Source: Pseudomonadota bacterium (lineage in GTDB: Bacteria; Pseudomonadota; Alphaproteobacteria; RF32; CAG-239). Taken from it: 32,000 nucleotides of DNA. The translations under genes were made by a program, and so were the position numbers. Where the stretch lies: the NCBI GenBank assembly GCA_918234285.1, contig CAKJXZ020000010.1, positions 41,452 through 73,451 of the forward strand, in the 5' to 3' direction. Position 1 is the first letter of the stretch; every line of letters starts with the position of its first letter. Positions 8,890-19,816 of this stretch are shown piece by piece. The notes under the pieces were generated by a model. The model was not told the DNA's origin and did no database searches. It saw nothing but the letters and a program-made list of their open reading frames with translations.

Positions 8890-9243
8890 ATGGCAAAAAG
8901 AGCAATTATTGTAGGCAACGTTGAGCGTCTGGCCAAGTTGATTGCGCCGGAGCGTGTGCAAATCACAGTGAATGCAAACACCACCACGATTGATGGTAAG
9001 ACCATTAACGTCCGTGAGTTAATCACCTTTGAGGTGGAGACTTTTTCCTTTGAAAAACTTCCTTTTATGGAAACTCTCTGTAATTTGTCAATCGGCGACA
9101 GAGTGACGGTAACGTTTATCGAAAACGACAAGAACTGGGAAGTTTTCGATATTGTTCACGAGCCACATCTCGGTCGATCCCCTGATGATTGGTTCAGAGA
9201 TGCCCTGGAAGACATGAAATTTTGGGATAACAGAACAAAGTAA
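8890..9243 (+). CDS. Hypothetical protein (117 aa)
   Basis: ORF MAKRAIIVGNVERLAKLIAPERVQITV...; the internal ATG at 8890 lies downstream of the promoter, unlike the track start at 8812. Strong terminator follows. Confidence 0.65.
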   Translation: MAKRAIIVGNVERLAKLIAPERVQITVNANTTTIDGKTINVRELITFEVETFSFEKLPFMETLCNLSIGDRVTVTFIENDKNWEVFDIVHEPHLGRSPDDWFRDALEDMKFWDNRTK

Positions 9244-9285
9244 AAAATATCTGTCAGACTTAGCGGTCTGACAGATATTTTTTTT
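9243..9285. terminator. Rho-independent terminator (probably bidirectional, serving the 117-aa ORF and the tRNAs)
   Basis: AAAAATATCTGTCAGAC / GTCTGACAGATATTTTT, 17-bp stem with 6-nt loop and T tracts. Confidence 0.88.
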
Positions 9286-9359
9286 GGTAGTCCCGAGCAG
9301 AGTTGAACTGCTGACCCATCCATGTGAAGGATATGTGATAACCGTTTCACCACGGAACT
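9285..9359 (-). tRNA. tRNA-Val (anticodon CAC)
   Basis: Hand-folded cloverleaf: acceptor AGTTCCG/CGGGACT, D stem GTGA/TCAC, anticodon stem TATCC/GGATG with loop TTCACAT, T arm AGCAG-TTCAACT-CTGCT, encoded CCA end. Confidence 0.88.
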
Positions 9360-9378
9360 GTATAAAAAAGGGAAGTAT

Positions 9379-9453
9379 TGGTAGTCCCGAGCAGAGTTGA
9401 ACTGCTGACTCATCCATGTCAAGGATACGTGATAACCGTTTCACCACGGAACT
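9379..9453 (-). tRNA. tRNA-Val (anticodon GAC)
   Basis: Same cloverleaf with anticodon loop TTGACAT and encoded CCA; differs from the neighbouring tRNA at 3 of 75 positions. Confidence 0.9.
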
Positions 9454-9464
9454 GTAATACGCAC

Positions 9465-9492
9465 ATAATATACATTTTATTGATAATGTCAA
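9465..9492 (-). promoter_or_regulatory. Candidate promoter for the tRNA-Val pair
   Basis: Minus strand TTGACA (9487-9492) - 16 bp - TATTAT (9465-9470), just upstream of the tRNA 5' end at 9453. Confidence 0.55.
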
Positions 9493-9832
9493 AATATTTT
9501 TTAATATTTTTTATAAATCAAAACCCGCCAAACATTAACATATGTCCGACAGTCAGCAGGTGTATTTTATGCAATAAAGCAAATAGGGTAATAAAAGAGA
9601 GCGACGCGAATATTAAGTTATTGTAATTTGTTTGCATTTTAGACTCCAATATATAAAATGTTATATACTTGTAAAACAAAAAAATTAAAAAATCAACTAA
9701 ATATTTATAAAAAAATAAAAATAAATACTTTTAGTAGGTTTTTTTAAACGTGTAAAATATTTTTTAACAATACTAAAAATTTGTTTTTACGAAAAAAATA
9801 TGCAAAAACCAATTAAAACTTGTATTAAAAAA

Positions 9833-9861
9833 TTGACAAGCTAAATTGCAAAATTTATATA
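9833..9861 (+). promoter_or_regulatory. Candidate promoter for the HTH gene
   Basis: TTGACA (9833-9838) - 17 bp - TATATA (9856-9861). Confidence 0.6.
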
Positions 9862-9893
9862 TGAATATAGTGACTACAATTACGAGGTGAATA

Positions 9894-10397
9894 ATGAAAA
9901 AGAAAAAATCCATACGCGGCAGAATAGACGATAACGCGCCTAATCCGGTAGATGTGCATGTTGGAAAGCGAATCCGTTTAAGACGCACGATTTTGCATAT
10001 TACGCAACAGCAGATGGCGGATATGTTGGGGTTAACATTCCAACAGGTTCAAAAATATGAAAAAGGAATGAACAGGGTTGGTGCCAGTCGTTTATGGGAT
10101 ATAAGCCGTGTTTTAGAAGTGCCGATGGGTTTCTTTTTTGAAGATATGGATGATGTTGTGGCTGCACAAAGTCCGCGTATGCTTAATATTGAGCCGGATT
10201 CCATGAGTGTTTCGGAAAAACACTTACAGTTTGATGAAGATCCGATGAAACGCGCTGAGACATTGGAATTGATTAGAGCTTATTATAAAATAACGAATCG
10301 TGCCATAGCAAAACAAATGTTTGATTTAATGATTGCTTTATCAAAATCGACGGCCGGTTTAATGCGTATTGATGATAAACCGAAAAATGATAAATAA
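9894..10397 (+). CDS. XRE-family helix-turn-helix transcriptional regulator
   Basis: VGKRIRLRRTILHITQQQMADMLGLTFQQVQKYEKGMNRVGASRLWDISRVLEVPMGFFFEDM, a typical Cro/CI HTH of the alphaproteobacterial type. Confidence 0.93.
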   Translation: MKKKKSIRGRIDDNAPNPVDVHVGKRIRLRRTILHITQQQMADMLGLTFQQVQKYEKGMNRVGASRLWDISRVLEVPMGFFFEDMDDVVAAQSPRMLNIEPDSMSVSEKHLQFDEDPMKRAETLELIRAYYKITNRAIAKQMFDLMIALSKSTAGLMRIDDKPKNDK

Positions 10398-11124
10398 GCA
10401 AAATGAAAAACCGAAGTTTTTCGGCAGACGCCAGGGGCGGGTAATTCACAGAGCCAAAAGTTTTCTTTTAGATAATTTTTTGCCGCGAATCCGAATTGAC
10501 AGTGATAAAAAAGCGAATTTGGAACAGTGTTTCGGTTCTAAAAAAGATGCTTATGCCTTGGAGATAGGTTTTGGTGACGGCGACCATTTGGCGACTCTAT
10601 CGGCAAGAAAGCCGAACATCGGTTTTATCGGGGTGGAAGTTTACCGTAACGGGGTGGCAAATCTGCTTTCTTTGATTACCGGTTTGAAAGACGGGCGCGA
10701 CGAAGATTTGGCCAAAGAAATAAAATTGCTTCCGGATAGAGCTGATAATGTCAGAATTTATGATGACGACGTTAGATTATTGTTTGCGGCGCTACCGGAT
10801 GGTTGTTTTGATAAAATATATCTGCTGTTTCCGGACCCGTGGCCGAAAAGCCGTCATGCCAACCGGCGTTTTATCAACCCGGATAATTTGCGGGAATTGG
10901 CGCGATTATTGAAAAAGGGCGGTATATTGCAAGTAGCGACCGATCACCCGATTTATAAAAAATGGACATTGGAGACGATGCATAAAAACAGCGATTTCAG
11001 ATGGACGGCAAAAACCTCTGATGATTGGCGGAATCCGCCGGCTGATTGGGCGGAAACCAAATATCAGCACAAGGCCGTGAGAGAGGGGCGTCGGCCGGTG
11101 TTTTTCGAGTTTGAAAGAATATAA
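10387..11124 (+). CDS. trmB: tRNA (guanine-N7)-methyltransferase
   Basis: LEIGFGDGDHLATL, GFIGVEVYRNGV, KIYLLFPDPWPKSRHANRRFI, GGILQVATDHPIY. Overlaps the end of the HTH gene. Confidence 0.94.
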   Translation: MINKQNEKPKFFGRRQGRVIHRAKSFLLDNFLPRIRIDSDKKANLEQCFGSKKDAYALEIGFGDGDHLATLSARKPNIGFIGVEVYRNGVANLLSLITGLKDGRDEDLAKEIKLLPDRADNVRIYDDDVRLLFAALPDGCFDKIYLLFPDPWPKSRHANRRFINPDNLRELARLLKKGGILQVATDHPIYKKWTLETMHKNSDFRWTAKTSDDWRNPPADWAETKYQHKAVREGRRPVFFEFERI

Positions 11125-11128
11125 AAAA

Positions 11129-11404
11129 TCAAAGTAACTCTTTTAAGGTTTCTTCGACCGAATCGGCATATTTATGCGGTTGCGGCTTGCTCTTTAGATA
11201 ATAATAACTCAGCGAAAAAAGACGGATGGCCGGTGTCATACCAAGGCAGGAATTATGATTATCCTTGATTTTTTCAAATAAAGTTTTCCTTTTGAGTTTT
11301 TCACGATAACATATTTCATCAATAATTTTCCACTCGGTATTGGTCAGTCGCATGCAGGTTTTTTTATCAAAAACGGAAATAACTTTATTTACATGTTTAA
11401 GCAT
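11129..11404 (-). CDS. Ribbon-helix-helix-like small protein
   Basis: LTNTEWKIIDEICYREKLKRKTLFEKIKDNHNSCLGMTPAIRLFSLSYY resembles the alphaproteobacterial RHH_4-type proteins. Confidence 0.55.
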   Translation of the reverse strand: MLKHVNKVISVFDKKTCMRLTNTEWKIIDEICYREKLKRKTLFEKIKDNHNSCLGMTPAIRLFSLSYYYLKSKPQPHKYADSVEETLKELL

Positions 11405-11614
11405 AATATCCTCTCAAGTTGTTTTTTTACAGAATATAAATCATTAAATGTATTGTTTCAATTAAAAATATAAAAAATAAACAAACTAAACCTGTAATTA
11501 TTAAAAAACACGGCGGTTGAAGTTGTGGAAAACAGAATCTTTGCTCTTATTTTTGACTCAAATTTGACTCATTGAAAATTTCGGCATTTTTTTAAAATTT
11601 TTTTAATTTTTTGC

Positions 11615-11643
11615 TTGCATTTGCGTTTTTGTTATGTTATAAG
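11615..11643 (+). promoter_or_regulatory. Candidate promoter of the S10 ribosomal cluster
   Basis: TTGCAT (11615-11620) - 17 bp - TATAAG (11638-11643); would give a leader of about 155 nt before rpsJ. Confidence 0.45.
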
Positions 11644-11704
11644 CGCGCTACAACAATTGTTTTGAGAGGGTTTACCTCGCAGCGAAGCAAATATAAAATA
11701 TAGC

Positions 11705-11780
11705 GCAAACCTTTGTTGCGAAAGCGTTTGCAAAGATTAACAAATTTTAGATAGCAGGGAATTCCTTGTTGGTTTTTTTT
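11705..11780 (+). promoter_or_regulatory. Structured S10 leader with terminator-like hairpin (attenuator candidate)
   Basis: Hairpin 1: GCAAAC-CTTT-gttgcg-AAAG-c-GTTTGC (11705-11731). Hairpin 2: AGCAGGG-AATT-CCTTGTT (11753-11770) followed by GG and T8 (11773-11780). Confidence 0.45.
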
Positions 11781-11807
11781 GCTGTTTAGTTATAGGAAAA
11801 GTATAAA

Positions 11808-12116
11808 ATGGAAACACAAAATATACGAATTCGCCTTAAGGCTTTTGATCACAGATTGCTCGACCTTTCTACCACGGAAATCGTGCATACTGCCAAAAGA
11901 ACGGGCGCAAGCGTCAGAGGTCCGATACCTCTGCCTAACAAAATCGAAAAGTTTACGGTAAATCGTTCGCCGCACGTTGATAAAAAGTCTCGTGAACAGT
12001 TCGAAATCCGTACACACAAAAGACTTTTGGATATTGTTAACCCGACACCGCAAACCGTTGATGCTTTGATGAAGCTTGATTTGGCTGCCGGTGTAAATGT
12101 TGAAATAAAATTGTAA
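11808..12116 (+). CDS. rpsJ: 30S ribosomal protein S10
   Basis: [49 protein letters not shown]. Confidence 0.98.
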   Translation: METQNIRIRLKAFDHRLLDLSTTEIVHTAKRTGASVRGPIPLPNKIEKFTVNRSPHVDKKSREQFEIRTHKRLLDIVNPTPQTVDALMKLDLAAGVNVEIKL

Positions 12117-12171
12117 TTAATGTTGGCGCCTTATAAGGGTTGTCAACCTATTAAGAAAAGGAAAAATAATA

Positions 12172-12894
12172 ATGCGTACTGGTCTAATCGCAAAAAAATT
12201 AGGAATGTCCCGCATTTTTCAGGCCGACGGAACTCATGTTCCTGTAACGGTTTTGAGTGTTGAAGGTTTGCAGGTAGTTAATGTAAAGACTGCCGAAAAA
12301 GACGGATACAACGCCGTACAATTGGGTACCGGCGCCGTAAAAGCCAAAAATGTAAGCAAACCGCTTAAGGGATATTTCGCTAAGGCTAAAATTGAACCGA
12401 AAAAGAAATTGTGGGAATTCAGAGTTTCTGATGACTGCTTATTGAATGTCGGTTCGGAATTGTCGGTTGAACACTTCGTTCCGGGACAATATGTTGACGT
12501 ATGCGCCACCTCAAACGGTAAAGGCTTTGCCGGCGTAATGAAGCGTTACAATTTTGCCGGTTTGGAAGCAAGTCACGGTGTATCTATTTCTCACCGTTCG
12601 CACGGTTCTACCGGTCAAAGACAAGATCCGGGTAAAGTTTTCAAAGGTAAGAAAATGGCCGGACACATGGGTGCTGAACGCGTTACCGTTCAAAATCTCA
12701 AGGTTGTTTCGGTTGATTCTGCCAGAGGCTTGATTATGGTTAAAGGCGGCGTTCCGGGTTGCGAAAACGCATGGGTAAGAATTACCGATGCCGTTAAGAA
12801 GCCGGCTACTGTTGCTTTGCCGATGCCTGCCGGATTGAAAAAAGTTGATGAACCTGTTGTGACAGCTGAAGTTTCGGCTGAGAATGCAGAATAG
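12172..12894 (+). CDS. rplC: 50S ribosomal protein L3
   Basis: [51 protein letters not shown]. Confidence 0.97.
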   Translation: MRTGLIAKKLGMSRIFQADGTHVPVTVLSVEGLQVVNVKTAEKDGYNAVQLGTGAVKAKNVSKPLKGYFAKAKIEPKKKLWEFRVSDDCLLNVGSELSVEHFVPGQYVDVCATSNGKGFAGVMKRYNFAGLEASHGVSISHRSHGSTGQRQDPGKVFKGKKMAGHMGAERVTVQNLKVVSVDSARGLIMVKGGVPGCENAWVRITDAVKKPATVALPMPAGLKKVDEPVVTAEVSAENAE

Positions 12895-12909
12895 TTTAAG
12901 GATAAAGAA

Positions 12910-13533
12910 ATGAAACAGGACATCTTAAATTTAGAAAATAAAAATGTCGGTTCCATCGAACTGAACGACTCGATTTACGGTTTGGAAGTTCGTTCCGATA
13001 TTTTACAACGCGTTGTAACTTGGCAGTTAGCGAGATTACAAAGCGGCAATCACGCTACCAAAGGTCGCTCCGATGTAGCTTTGACGCCGTCCAAGCCGTT
13101 CAGACAGAAAGGTTCGGGTAACGCACGTCAAGGCTCCAGAAAAGGTGCTCAATTCCGTAAGGGTGGTGTGGTATTTGGTCCGATTGTAAGAGATCACTCT
13201 TTTGATTTGACCAAGAAATTCAGAAAACTCGGTCTGAAGACCGCTCTTTCCGCGAAAGCGAAAGAAGGTAATCTTATCGTTATTGATGAAGCAAAGTTGT
13301 CGGCTCCTAAAACAAGTGATTTGAAAGCAAAATTAAGTGCTTGCGGACTGACAAACTGCCTTATTATTGACGGTAAGGATGTAGATGTTAATTTTGCTTT
13401 GGCAAGCCGCAATATCGAAGGAATCGATATTCTTCCGACAATCGGTGCCAATGTATACGACATCTTAAAGAAGGACAAATTGGTATTAACAAAAGATGCA
13501 GTAAGTTGCTTAGAGGAGAGATTAAATGGCTAA
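12910..13533 (+). CDS. rplD: 50S ribosomal protein L4
   Basis: [41 protein letters not shown]. Confidence 0.97.
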   Translation: MKQDILNLENKNVGSIELNDSIYGLEVRSDILQRVVTWQLARLQSGNHATKGRSDVALTPSKPFRQKGSGNARQGSRKGAQFRKGGVVFGPIVRDHSFDLTKKFRKLGLKTALSAKAKEGNLIVIDEAKLSAPKTSDLKAKLSACGLTNCLIIDGKDVDVNFALASRNIEGIDILPTIGANVYDILKKDKLVLTKDAVSCLEERLNG

Positions 13534-13840
13534 GAACAAATCAAACAATGTAACTGCAGCAATGTATGATACATTGGTTCGTCCGGTAATTACCGAAAAA
13601 TCTATGGTTTCATCGGAAGCTGGAAAAGTGGTATTCGAAGTACCTTTATCAGCTACCAAAGAAAGCGTTAAAGCTGCAGTTGAAGCAATTTTTAACGTAA
13701 AAGTTACCAAGGTAAATACCATTAAACAGTTTGGTAAGGCTAAGAGCTTCAGAGGTCATATCGGTCATCGTTCTGACTTCAAAAAAGCTATCATTACCCT
13801 TGCCGATGGTCAAAACATTGATGTTACAACAGGAATTTAA
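13526..13840 (+). CDS. rplW: 50S ribosomal protein L23
   Basis: [31 protein letters not shown]; position in cluster. Confidence 0.96.
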   Translation: MAKNKSNNVTAAMYDTLVRPVITEKSMVSSEAGKVVFEVPLSATKESVKAAVEAIFNVKVTKVNTIKQFGKAKSFRGHIGHRSDFKKAIITLADGQNIDVTTGI

Positions 13841-13842
13841 TC

Positions 13843-14676
13843 ATGGCTTTGAATACATATAAGCCCACATCTGCAGGACGTCGCCAACTGATTCTCGTTG
13901 ATAAGAGCGAGTTATACAAGGGCAAGCCTGAAAAGAGTTTAACGAAAGGTATTTCGAAAACAGGTGGGCGTGATAACTACGGACACGTTACAAGTCGTCG
14001 TATCGGTGGCGGTCATAAACGCAGCTATCGTATGATTGACTTTAAACGTAATAAATTTGATTGTGAGGCAACAGTCGAGAGAATCGAGTATGATCCGAAT
14101 CGTACGGCATTTATCGCTTTAATCAGCTACAGTGACGGCGAAAAGGCTTATATTTTGGCTCCGCAAAGACTGAAATCCGGCGATAAAGTAATTTCTGCTT
14201 CTAAGGCAGATATTAAGCCGGGTAATGCAATGCCTTTAAAGAATATGCCGGTTGGTACGATTGTACACAACATTGAGCTGAAGGCGGGCAAAGGCGGCCA
14301 GTTGGTACGTTCTGCCGGTTGTTATGCGCAAGTTGTTGGTAAAGACGCCGGTTATGTTCAATTGAAGTTGAATTCCGGCGAACTGCGTATGGTTCGTGAG
14401 GAATGTTTGGCAACGGTTGGTGCCGTTTCCAATCCGGATAACCAAAATATATCTCTTGGTAAGGCCGGTCGTAATCGTTGGCTCGGAAACCGTCCGGTTT
14501 CCCGCGGTGTAGCGATGAACCCGGTTGATCACCCTCTCGGTGGTGGTGAAGGCCGTACATCCGGTGGTCGCCATCCGGTTACTCCGTGGGGTAAACCGAC
14601 TAAGGGTGCCAAGACTCGTTCTAACAAGAAGACAGATCGCTTTATTATGAGATCTCGTCATGATAACAAGAATTAA
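13843..14676 (+). CDS. rplB: 50S ribosomal protein L2
   Basis: [50 protein letters not shown]. Confidence 0.98.
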   Translation: MALNTYKPTSAGRRQLILVDKSELYKGKPEKSLTKGISKTGGRDNYGHVTSRRIGGGHKRSYRMIDFKRNKFDCEATVERIEYDPNRTAFIALISYSDGEKAYILAPQRLKSGDKVISASKADIKPGNAMPLKNMPVGTIVHNIELKAGKGGQLVRSAGCYAQVVGKDAGYVQLKLNSGELRMVREECLATVGAVSNPDNQNISLGKAGRNRWLGNRPVSRGVAMNPVDHPLGGGEGRTSGGRHPVTPWGKPTKGAKTRSNKKTDRFIMRSRHDNKN

Positions 14677-14691
14677 TAAGGAGAAAAGCTA

Positions 14692-14967
14692 ATGACTCGT
14701 TCTGTATGGAAAGGACCTTTTGTTGATGGCTATCTCTTGAAGAAAGCTGACGCTGCTAGAAATTCTAGCCGTAATGAAGTGATTAAAATTTGGTCTCGTC
14801 GTTCTACCATGTTACCGCAATTTGTCGGTTTAACATTTGGTGTTCACAACGGTCACAAATTTATTCCGGTATTGGTTACCGAAGATATGGTTGGTCACAA
14901 ATTCGGTGAATTTGCTCCGACTCGTACCTTCTACGGTCATACCAAAGAAACTGCGAAGAGAGGTTAA
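14692..14967 (+). CDS. rpsS: 30S ribosomal protein S19
   Basis: [40 protein letters not shown]. Confidence 0.98.
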   Translation: MTRSVWKGPFVDGYLLKKADAARNSSRNEVIKIWSRRSTMLPQFVGLTFGVHNGHKFIPVLVTEDMVGHKFGEFAPTRTFYGHTKETAKRG

Positions 14968-14969
14968 TT

Positions 14970-15326
14970 ATGGCTGAGAATAGTATTAAACAAGCAAAGG
15001 CAGTTTGCCGTTCAATCAGAACCAGTTCACGCAAGTTGAACTTGGTAGCGCAAACCATTCGCGGTTTGAAGGCTGAAAAAGCGGTTGCCGAATTAAGCTT
15101 CTCTAAGAAGAGAATCGCAAAAGTGGCTCTGGAATTGTTGCAATCTGCAATTTCCAATGCCGAAAATAACCACAACCTTAACATTGATAAGCTCGTTGTA
15201 AGCGAAGCTTATGTAGGTAAAGGTATTGTAATGAAAAGAATGAATGCGCGTGGTCGCGGCAGAAGCGCTCGTATTTTGAAGCCGTTTTCTTCCATGACCA
15301 TCGTTGTTTCGGAGCGTGGGGAGTAA
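14970..15326 (+). CDS. rplV: 50S ribosomal protein L22
   Basis: [53 protein letters not shown]. Confidence 0.97.
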   Translation: MAENSIKQAKAVCRSIRTSSRKLNLVAQTIRGLKAEKAVAELSFSKKRIAKVALELLQSAISNAENNHNLNIDKLVVSEAYVGKGIVMKRMNARGRGRSARILKPFSSMTIVVSERGE

Positions 15327-15330
15327 ATAA

Positions 15331-16002
15331 ATGGGACAGAAAGTTAATCCTACCAGTCTTCGTTTAGGTGTAAATCGCACTTGGGACTCTCGTTGGTATG
15401 CTGAAAATGATAAGTTTACCGACTATCTCCACGAAGATCTGAAAATTAAAAAATTCTTGAATGAAAAGTTGGCTCAAGCCGGCATCAGCCAAATCGTTAT
15501 CGAACGTTCGGCTAAAAAAGCAAGAGTTACAATTCATTCGGCCAGACCGGGTGTTGTAATTGGCAAGAAGGGTCAGGATATCGAGAATGTAAGAAAAGAC
15601 ATTCAAAAATTGACCGACTCCGAAGTTCAATTGAACATCGTTGAAGTAAGAAAACCGGAGCTGGATGCCAAGTTGGTTGCTGATTCTGTGGCTCAACAGT
15701 TGGAACGCCGTGTGGCTTTCCGTCGCGCCATGAAGAGAGTTATGCAGTCTGCTTTGCGTTTGGGTGCTGAAGGTATTAAAGTTAGCTGCAGCGGTCGTTT
15801 GGGTGGCGCAGAAATTGCTCGTACCGAATACTACCGTGAAGGCCGCGTGCCTTTGCACACATTGCGTGCGGATATTGACTATGCAACCTCAACAGCTCAT
15901 ACAACTTATGGTGCTTGCGGCGTAAAAGTATGGATCTACAAGGGCGAAATCATGAGCCACGATCCGATGGCGCAAGACAAGAAGTTGACTGAACAAAAGT
16001 AA
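15331..16002 (+). CDS. rpsC: 30S ribosomal protein S3
   Basis: [54 protein letters not shown]. Confidence 0.98.
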   Translation: MGQKVNPTSLRLGVNRTWDSRWYAENDKFTDYLHEDLKIKKFLNEKLAQAGISQIVIERSAKKARVTIHSARPGVVIGKKGQDIENVRKDIQKLTDSEVQLNIVEVRKPELDAKLVADSVAQQLERRVAFRRAMKRVMQSALRLGAEGIKVSCSGRLGGAEIARTEYYREGRVPLHTLRADIDYATSTAHTTYGACGVKVWIYKGEIMSHDPMAQDKKLTEQK

Positions 16003-16020
16003 TAACGCGAGGTTAGAGAA

Positions 16021-16455
16021 ATGTTAAGTCCAAAACGTTTGAAATTCCACAAGCAGCATAAAGGTCGTATTCACGGCATGGCTAAAGGTGGTTCAGAATT
16101 AAATTTCGGTTTATACGGTTTGAAGGCTCTGACTCCTGACCGTGTGACGGCACGTCAAATCGAGGCAGCTCGTCGTGCAATCACACGTCAGATGCAGAGA
16201 GCAGGAAAACTGTGGATCAGAATTTTCCCGGATGTACCGGTATCGGATAAACCGGCCGAAGTACGTATGGGTAAAGGTAAGGGTGCTATCGAATTTTGGG
16301 TAGCCAGAGTTAAACCGGGTCGCATTATGTTTGAAATTACGGGTGTTTCGGAAGAAATCGCTCGCAGAGCTTTTGAACTGGGCGCCGCAAAATTGCCGGT
16401 TAAGTGCAAATTTGTAAAGCGTTTGAACTCTGATATCGTTAAAGGAGACGCATAA
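16021..16455 (+). CDS. rplP: 50S ribosomal protein L16
   Basis: [41 protein letters not shown]. Confidence 0.98.
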   Translation: MLSPKRLKFHKQHKGRIHGMAKGGSELNFGLYGLKALTPDRVTARQIEAARRAITRQMQRAGKLWIRIFPDVPVSDKPAEVRMGKGKGAIEFWVARVKPGRIMFEITGVSEEIARRAFELGAAKLPVKCKFVKRLNSDIVKGDA

Positions 16456-16652
16456 TGGTTAAAACAAAAGATTTACGCGCTATGACGATTGATGAATTGG
16501 AAAGCAAGTTAGTAGAATGCAAAAAAGAGCAGGCTAATTTGCGTATTCAACAATCAACCGGTCAACTTGAGAATGTTTCCAACATTCGCAAAGTTCGCCG
16601 TGATGTAGCCAAAATCAACACGCTCATTACTGAGCGCAAGAAGAATAGTTAG
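16455..16652 (+). CDS. rpmC: 50S ribosomal protein L29
   Basis: [36 protein letters not shown]; ATG overlaps the rplP stop. Confidence 0.95.
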   Translation: MVKTKDLRAMTIDELESKLVECKKEQANLRIQQSTGQLENVSNIRKVRRDVAKINTLITERKKNS

Positions 16653-16662
16653 GAGAAAGAAT

Positions 16663-16902
16663 ATGCCTAAGAGAATTCTTCAAGGTGTTGTTGTTAGTGA
16701 TAAACAGGATAAAACTGTCGTGGTCAGTGTAGAGCGTCAGGTTATGCATCCGGTTTACAAAAAATTCGTGAAGAAGAGTAAAAAATTTGCCGCTCACGAT
16801 GAAAACAATCAGTACAAGGTTGGAGATCAGGTTTCTATTGAAGAATGCCGTCCGATTTCCAAGAACAAATCTTGGACTGTGATTTCGTCTGATAACGCCT
16901 AA
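16663..16902 (+). CDS. rpsQ: 30S ribosomal protein S17
   Basis: [49 protein letters not shown]. Confidence 0.97.
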   Translation: MPKRILQGVVVSDKQDKTVVVSVERQVMHPVYKKFVKKSKKFAAHDENNQYKVGDQVSIEECRPISKNKSWTVISSDNA

Positions 16903-16921
16903 GATATGAAGGAATAAAAAA

Positions 16922-17290
16922 ATGATACAAATGCAAACCAACCTCGATGTTGCTGATAATTCAGGCGCACGTCAGGTGCAGTGCATCAAGGTTCTTGGTG
17001 GTTCCAAGAGAAAAACGGCTTCTGTGGGTGATGTCATTGTTGTAGCAATACAAGATGCGTTGCCGAGAGGACACGTTAAAAAGGGCGATGTATATAAAGC
17101 TGTTATCGTGAGAACGGCCAGCGATATTCGTCGCAAAGACGGAAGTGTAATCCGTTTTGACAGTAATGCCGCAGTTTTAATCAATAAAGACGGTGAGCCG
17201 ATCGGTACTCGTATCTTCGGCCCTGTTACGAGAGAATTGCGTGCAAAGAAATTTATGAAAATCATTTCATTAGCACCGGAGGTATTGTAA
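16922..17290 (+). CDS. rplN: 50S ribosomal protein L14
   Basis: [51 protein letters not shown]. Confidence 0.98.
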   Translation: MIQMQTNLDVADNSGARQVQCIKVLGGSKRKTASVGDVIVVAIQDALPRGHVKKGDVYKAVIVRTASDIRRKDGSVIRFDSNAAVLINKDGEPIGTRIFGPVTRELRAKKFMKIISLAPEVL

Positions 17291-17598
17291 TGCCTAAAAT
17301 GAAAATTAAAAAGAACGATACGGTTATCATTTTGTCGGGCGACGACAAGGGTAAAACCGGCGTTGTAAAAAAAGCACTTCCGAGAGAAAGCAAGGTTGTT
17401 GTTGAAGGTTTGAATATGGTAAAGCGCCACACCAAACCGTCGCAAACAACTCCGGGCGGAATTATCTCGAAAGAAGCAGCAATTCACGTTTCCAATGTTG
17501 CCATTGTTAAAGAAGGCAAGGCAACCAAAGTCGGCTACAAAACCGTAGACGGCAGAAAGGTTCGTGTTGCTCGCAAAACCGGTGATGTAATCGATTAA
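17290..17598 (+). CDS. rplX: 50S ribosomal protein L24
   Basis: [39 protein letters not shown]. Confidence 0.97.
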   Translation: MPKMKIKKNDTVIILSGDDKGKTGVVKKALPRESKVVVEGLNMVKRHTKPSQTTPGGIISKEAAIHVSNVAIVKEGKATKVGYKTVDGRKVRVARKTGDVID

Positions 17599-17612
17599 TG
17601 GGAGAAAATTTT

Positions 17613-18152
17613 ATGACAAACTATGAAAATTTATATAACAACGTCATAAAGAAATCTCTTGTGGAAAAATTCGGTTACAAAAATCCACATGAGGTTCCGA
17701 AGCTGACGAAAATCGTTTTGAATATGGGTGTCGGCGATGCCGTTACCGATAAGAAAAAAGTAACATCCGCTATGGAAGAATTGGCGGCTATTTCCGGTCA
17801 ACAGCCGGTTATGACCAAGGCTCGCAAATCTATCGCTACCTTCAAAGTACGTGAAGGTATGCCGATCGGTTGCAAGGTTACTCTGCGTTCTGCCAGAATG
17901 TATGAGTTCTTGGAAAGACTGGTTAATATGGCCTTGCCGCGAATCCGTGACTTCCACGGTATTACCGGTAAAAACTTCGATGGCAAAGGTAACTTCGCTT
18001 TCGGTATTAAGGAACAAATCATTTTCCCTGAAATTAACTACGAAAAGGTAGATGAAGTCAGAGGTCTTGATATTGTTATTTGTACAACAGCTAAGACAGA
18101 CGAAGAAGCAAAGTTTCTGCTGACATCGTTTAACTTGCCTTACAAGAAATAA
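17613..18152 (+). CDS. rplE: 50S ribosomal protein L5
   Basis: [47 protein letters not shown]. The ATG at 17613 with GGGAGAA upstream is preferred to 17598. Confidence 0.97.
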   Translation: MTNYENLYNNVIKKSLVEKFGYKNPHEVPKLTKIVLNMGVGDAVTDKKKVTSAMEELAAISGQQPVMTKARKSIATFKVREGMPIGCKVTLRSARMYEFLERLVNMALPRIRDFHGITGKNFDGKGNFAFGIKEQIIFPEINYEKVDEVRGLDIVICTTAKTDEEAKFLLTSFNLPYKK

Positions 18153-18166
18153 GCGGAGATTTTACT

Positions 18167-18472
18167 ATGTCAAAAACAAGTTCGGTATATAGAAACTTGA
18201 AAAGAGTTAAGATGGCTGCTAAGTATTCGAACCGCCGTCAAAAACAAAAAGCAATCATGATGGATAAGAATGCTTCTCCGGAAGAGAGAATGCAGGCTCA
18301 GTTTGCTTTGCAAAAATTCCCGAAGAATTCTGCAAAATGCCGTATTCGCAATCGTTGCAGAATTACGGGACGTTCACGTAGTTATTACAGAAAGTTCGGT
18401 TTAAGCCGTGTTGAATTGAGAGATTTGGCAAGCTTTGGCGAAATTCCTGGTTTAGTAAAATCAAGCTGGTAA
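18167..18472 (+). CDS. rpsN: 30S ribosomal protein S14
   Basis: [41 protein letters not shown]. Confidence 0.97.
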   Translation: MSKTSSVYRNLKRVKMAAKYSNRRQKQKAIMMDKNASPEERMQAQFALQKFPKNSAKCRIRNRCRITGRSRSYYRKFGLSRVELRDLASFGEIPGLVKSSW

Positions 18473-18486
18473 GGAGGGAAGATATC

Positions 18487-18885
18487 ATGTCTATGAGTGA
18501 TCCTTTGGGCGATATGCTCACACGCATCAGAAACGCACAAAGAGCGAAAAAGAGTGACGTTGTATCACCTGCTTCTCGCTTGCGTGAAAGTGTGTTGGAA
18601 GTTTTGAAGCGCGAAGGCTACATTGAAGGCTTTGAAAAGAACAATGTACGTCCGGGTGTTGATGAACTTCGTATTCAATTAAAGTACCATGAAGGTGCTG
18701 CAGTTATTACAAAAATTTACCGCGTTTCGACTCCGGGCCGTCGCGTTTATTCAAGCGTGAAGGATTTGCCGAGAGTTTACAACGGCTTGGGTATTTCCAT
18801 CATTTCTACTCCGCAAGGTGTTATGAGTGATAATGAAGCCCGCAAGGCTAATGTTGGCGGCGAAGTTTTGTGCCAAGTGTTCTAA
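18487..18885 (+). CDS. rpsH: 30S ribosomal protein S8
   Basis: [56 protein letters not shown]. Confidence 0.97.
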   Translation: MSMSDPLGDMLTRIRNAQRAKKSDVVSPASRLRESVLEVLKREGYIEGFEKNNVRPGVDELRIQLKYHEGAAVITKIYRVSTPGRRVYSSVKDLPRVYNGLGISIISTPQGVMSDNEARKANVGGEVLCQVF

Positions 18886-18896
18886 GGAGGTAAGGA

Positions 18897-19433
18897 ATGT
18901 CAAGAGTTGGTAAATATCCAGTTGTTGTTCCTGCCGGTGTAGAACTGAGCATCAATAACAATACGGTTGTGGCAAAAGGTAAGTTGGGCGAATTGTCCTA
19001 TTCTTTTGATGACAGCCACGTTGCAACAAAATTTGAAGACGGTAAAGTGACGGTTTCACCGTTGTCTCAAAGTAATGCAGCCAGAGCTTTGTGGGGTACA
19101 ACCCGCGCTCGCATTAATGAGATGATTAAAGGTGTAAGCGAAGGCTTTACAAAAGATATGGAATTGGTCGGCGTCGGTTATAAGGCGCGTGTTGAAGGTA
19201 AGAACCTGATTTTGTCTTTGGGTTTTTCGCATGAAGTTACTTTTCCGGCTCCGGAAGGTATTAAAATTTCCTGCGCATCTCCGACACAAATTTCAATCTT
19301 TGGTGCAGACAAACAAAAAGTTGGCCAAGTTGCGGCAGAAATTCGTAAATATAGAAAACCTGAACCGTATAAAGGTAAGGGCGTAAAATATACCAACGAA
19401 TATGTACGTCGTAAAGAAGGCAAGAAGAAATAA
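18897..19433 (+). CDS. rplF: 50S ribosomal protein L6
   Basis: [59 protein letters not shown]. Confidence 0.97.
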   Translation: MSRVGKYPVVVPAGVELSINNNTVVAKGKLGELSYSFDDSHVATKFEDGKVTVSPLSQSNAARALWGTTRARINEMIKGVSEGFTKDMELVGVGYKARVEGKNLILSLGFSHEVTFPAPEGIKISCASPTQISIFGADKQKVGQVAAEIRKYRKPEPYKGKGVKYTNEYVRRKEGKKK

Positions 19434-19444
19434 GGAATAAGTCG

Positions 19445-19807
19445 ATGAATACACCAAAAAAATTGTTTGAAAGAAGACAAGCTCGTGTAAGATACGCTTT
19501 GAAAAACGCCGCCAACGGCAAATTAAGATTGTCGGTTTTCCGCAGCGGTAAGCATATCTATGCACAAATCATTGACGATGTAAAAGGTTTGACAGTTGCT
19601 TCTGCATCTACCTTGGATAAGGAAATCAGAGGACAAATTAAAAAATCTTCTACGGTTGAAGCCGCTGGCTTCATTGGTAAAGTAATTGCTGAAAGAGCTA
19701 CAAAATCCGGTATTTCCGAAGTGGTATTTGACCGCGGCGGTTATATCTATCACGGTCGGGTTAAGGCCTTGGCTGAAGCAGCTCGCGAAGCCGGTTTGAA
19801 ATTCTAG
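19445..19807 (+). CDS. rplR: 50S ribosomal protein L18
   Basis: [62 protein letters not shown]. Confidence 0.97.
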   Translation: MNTPKKLFERRQARVRYALKNAANGKLRLSVFRSGKHIYAQIIDDVKGLTVASASTLDKEIRGQIKKSSTVEAAGFIGKVIAERATKSGISEVVFDRGGYIYHGRVKALAEAAREAGLKF

Positions 19808-19816
19808 GAGATGAAG

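Noticed and set aside
9285-9453. Two nearly identical ~75-bp direct repeats, which could look like a repeat unit or start of a CRISPR array
   Set aside because: Each copy folds into a complete tRNA-Val with encoded CCA; only two copies, 19-bp spacer.
9088-9492. ORFs 9088..9492 (-), 9156..9422 (-) and 9378..9626 (+)
   Set aside because: They run through the two tRNA genes and the terminator; the apparent internal protein repeat (SSVVKRLSRILD / SSVVKRLSHILH) is only the tRNA duplication translated.
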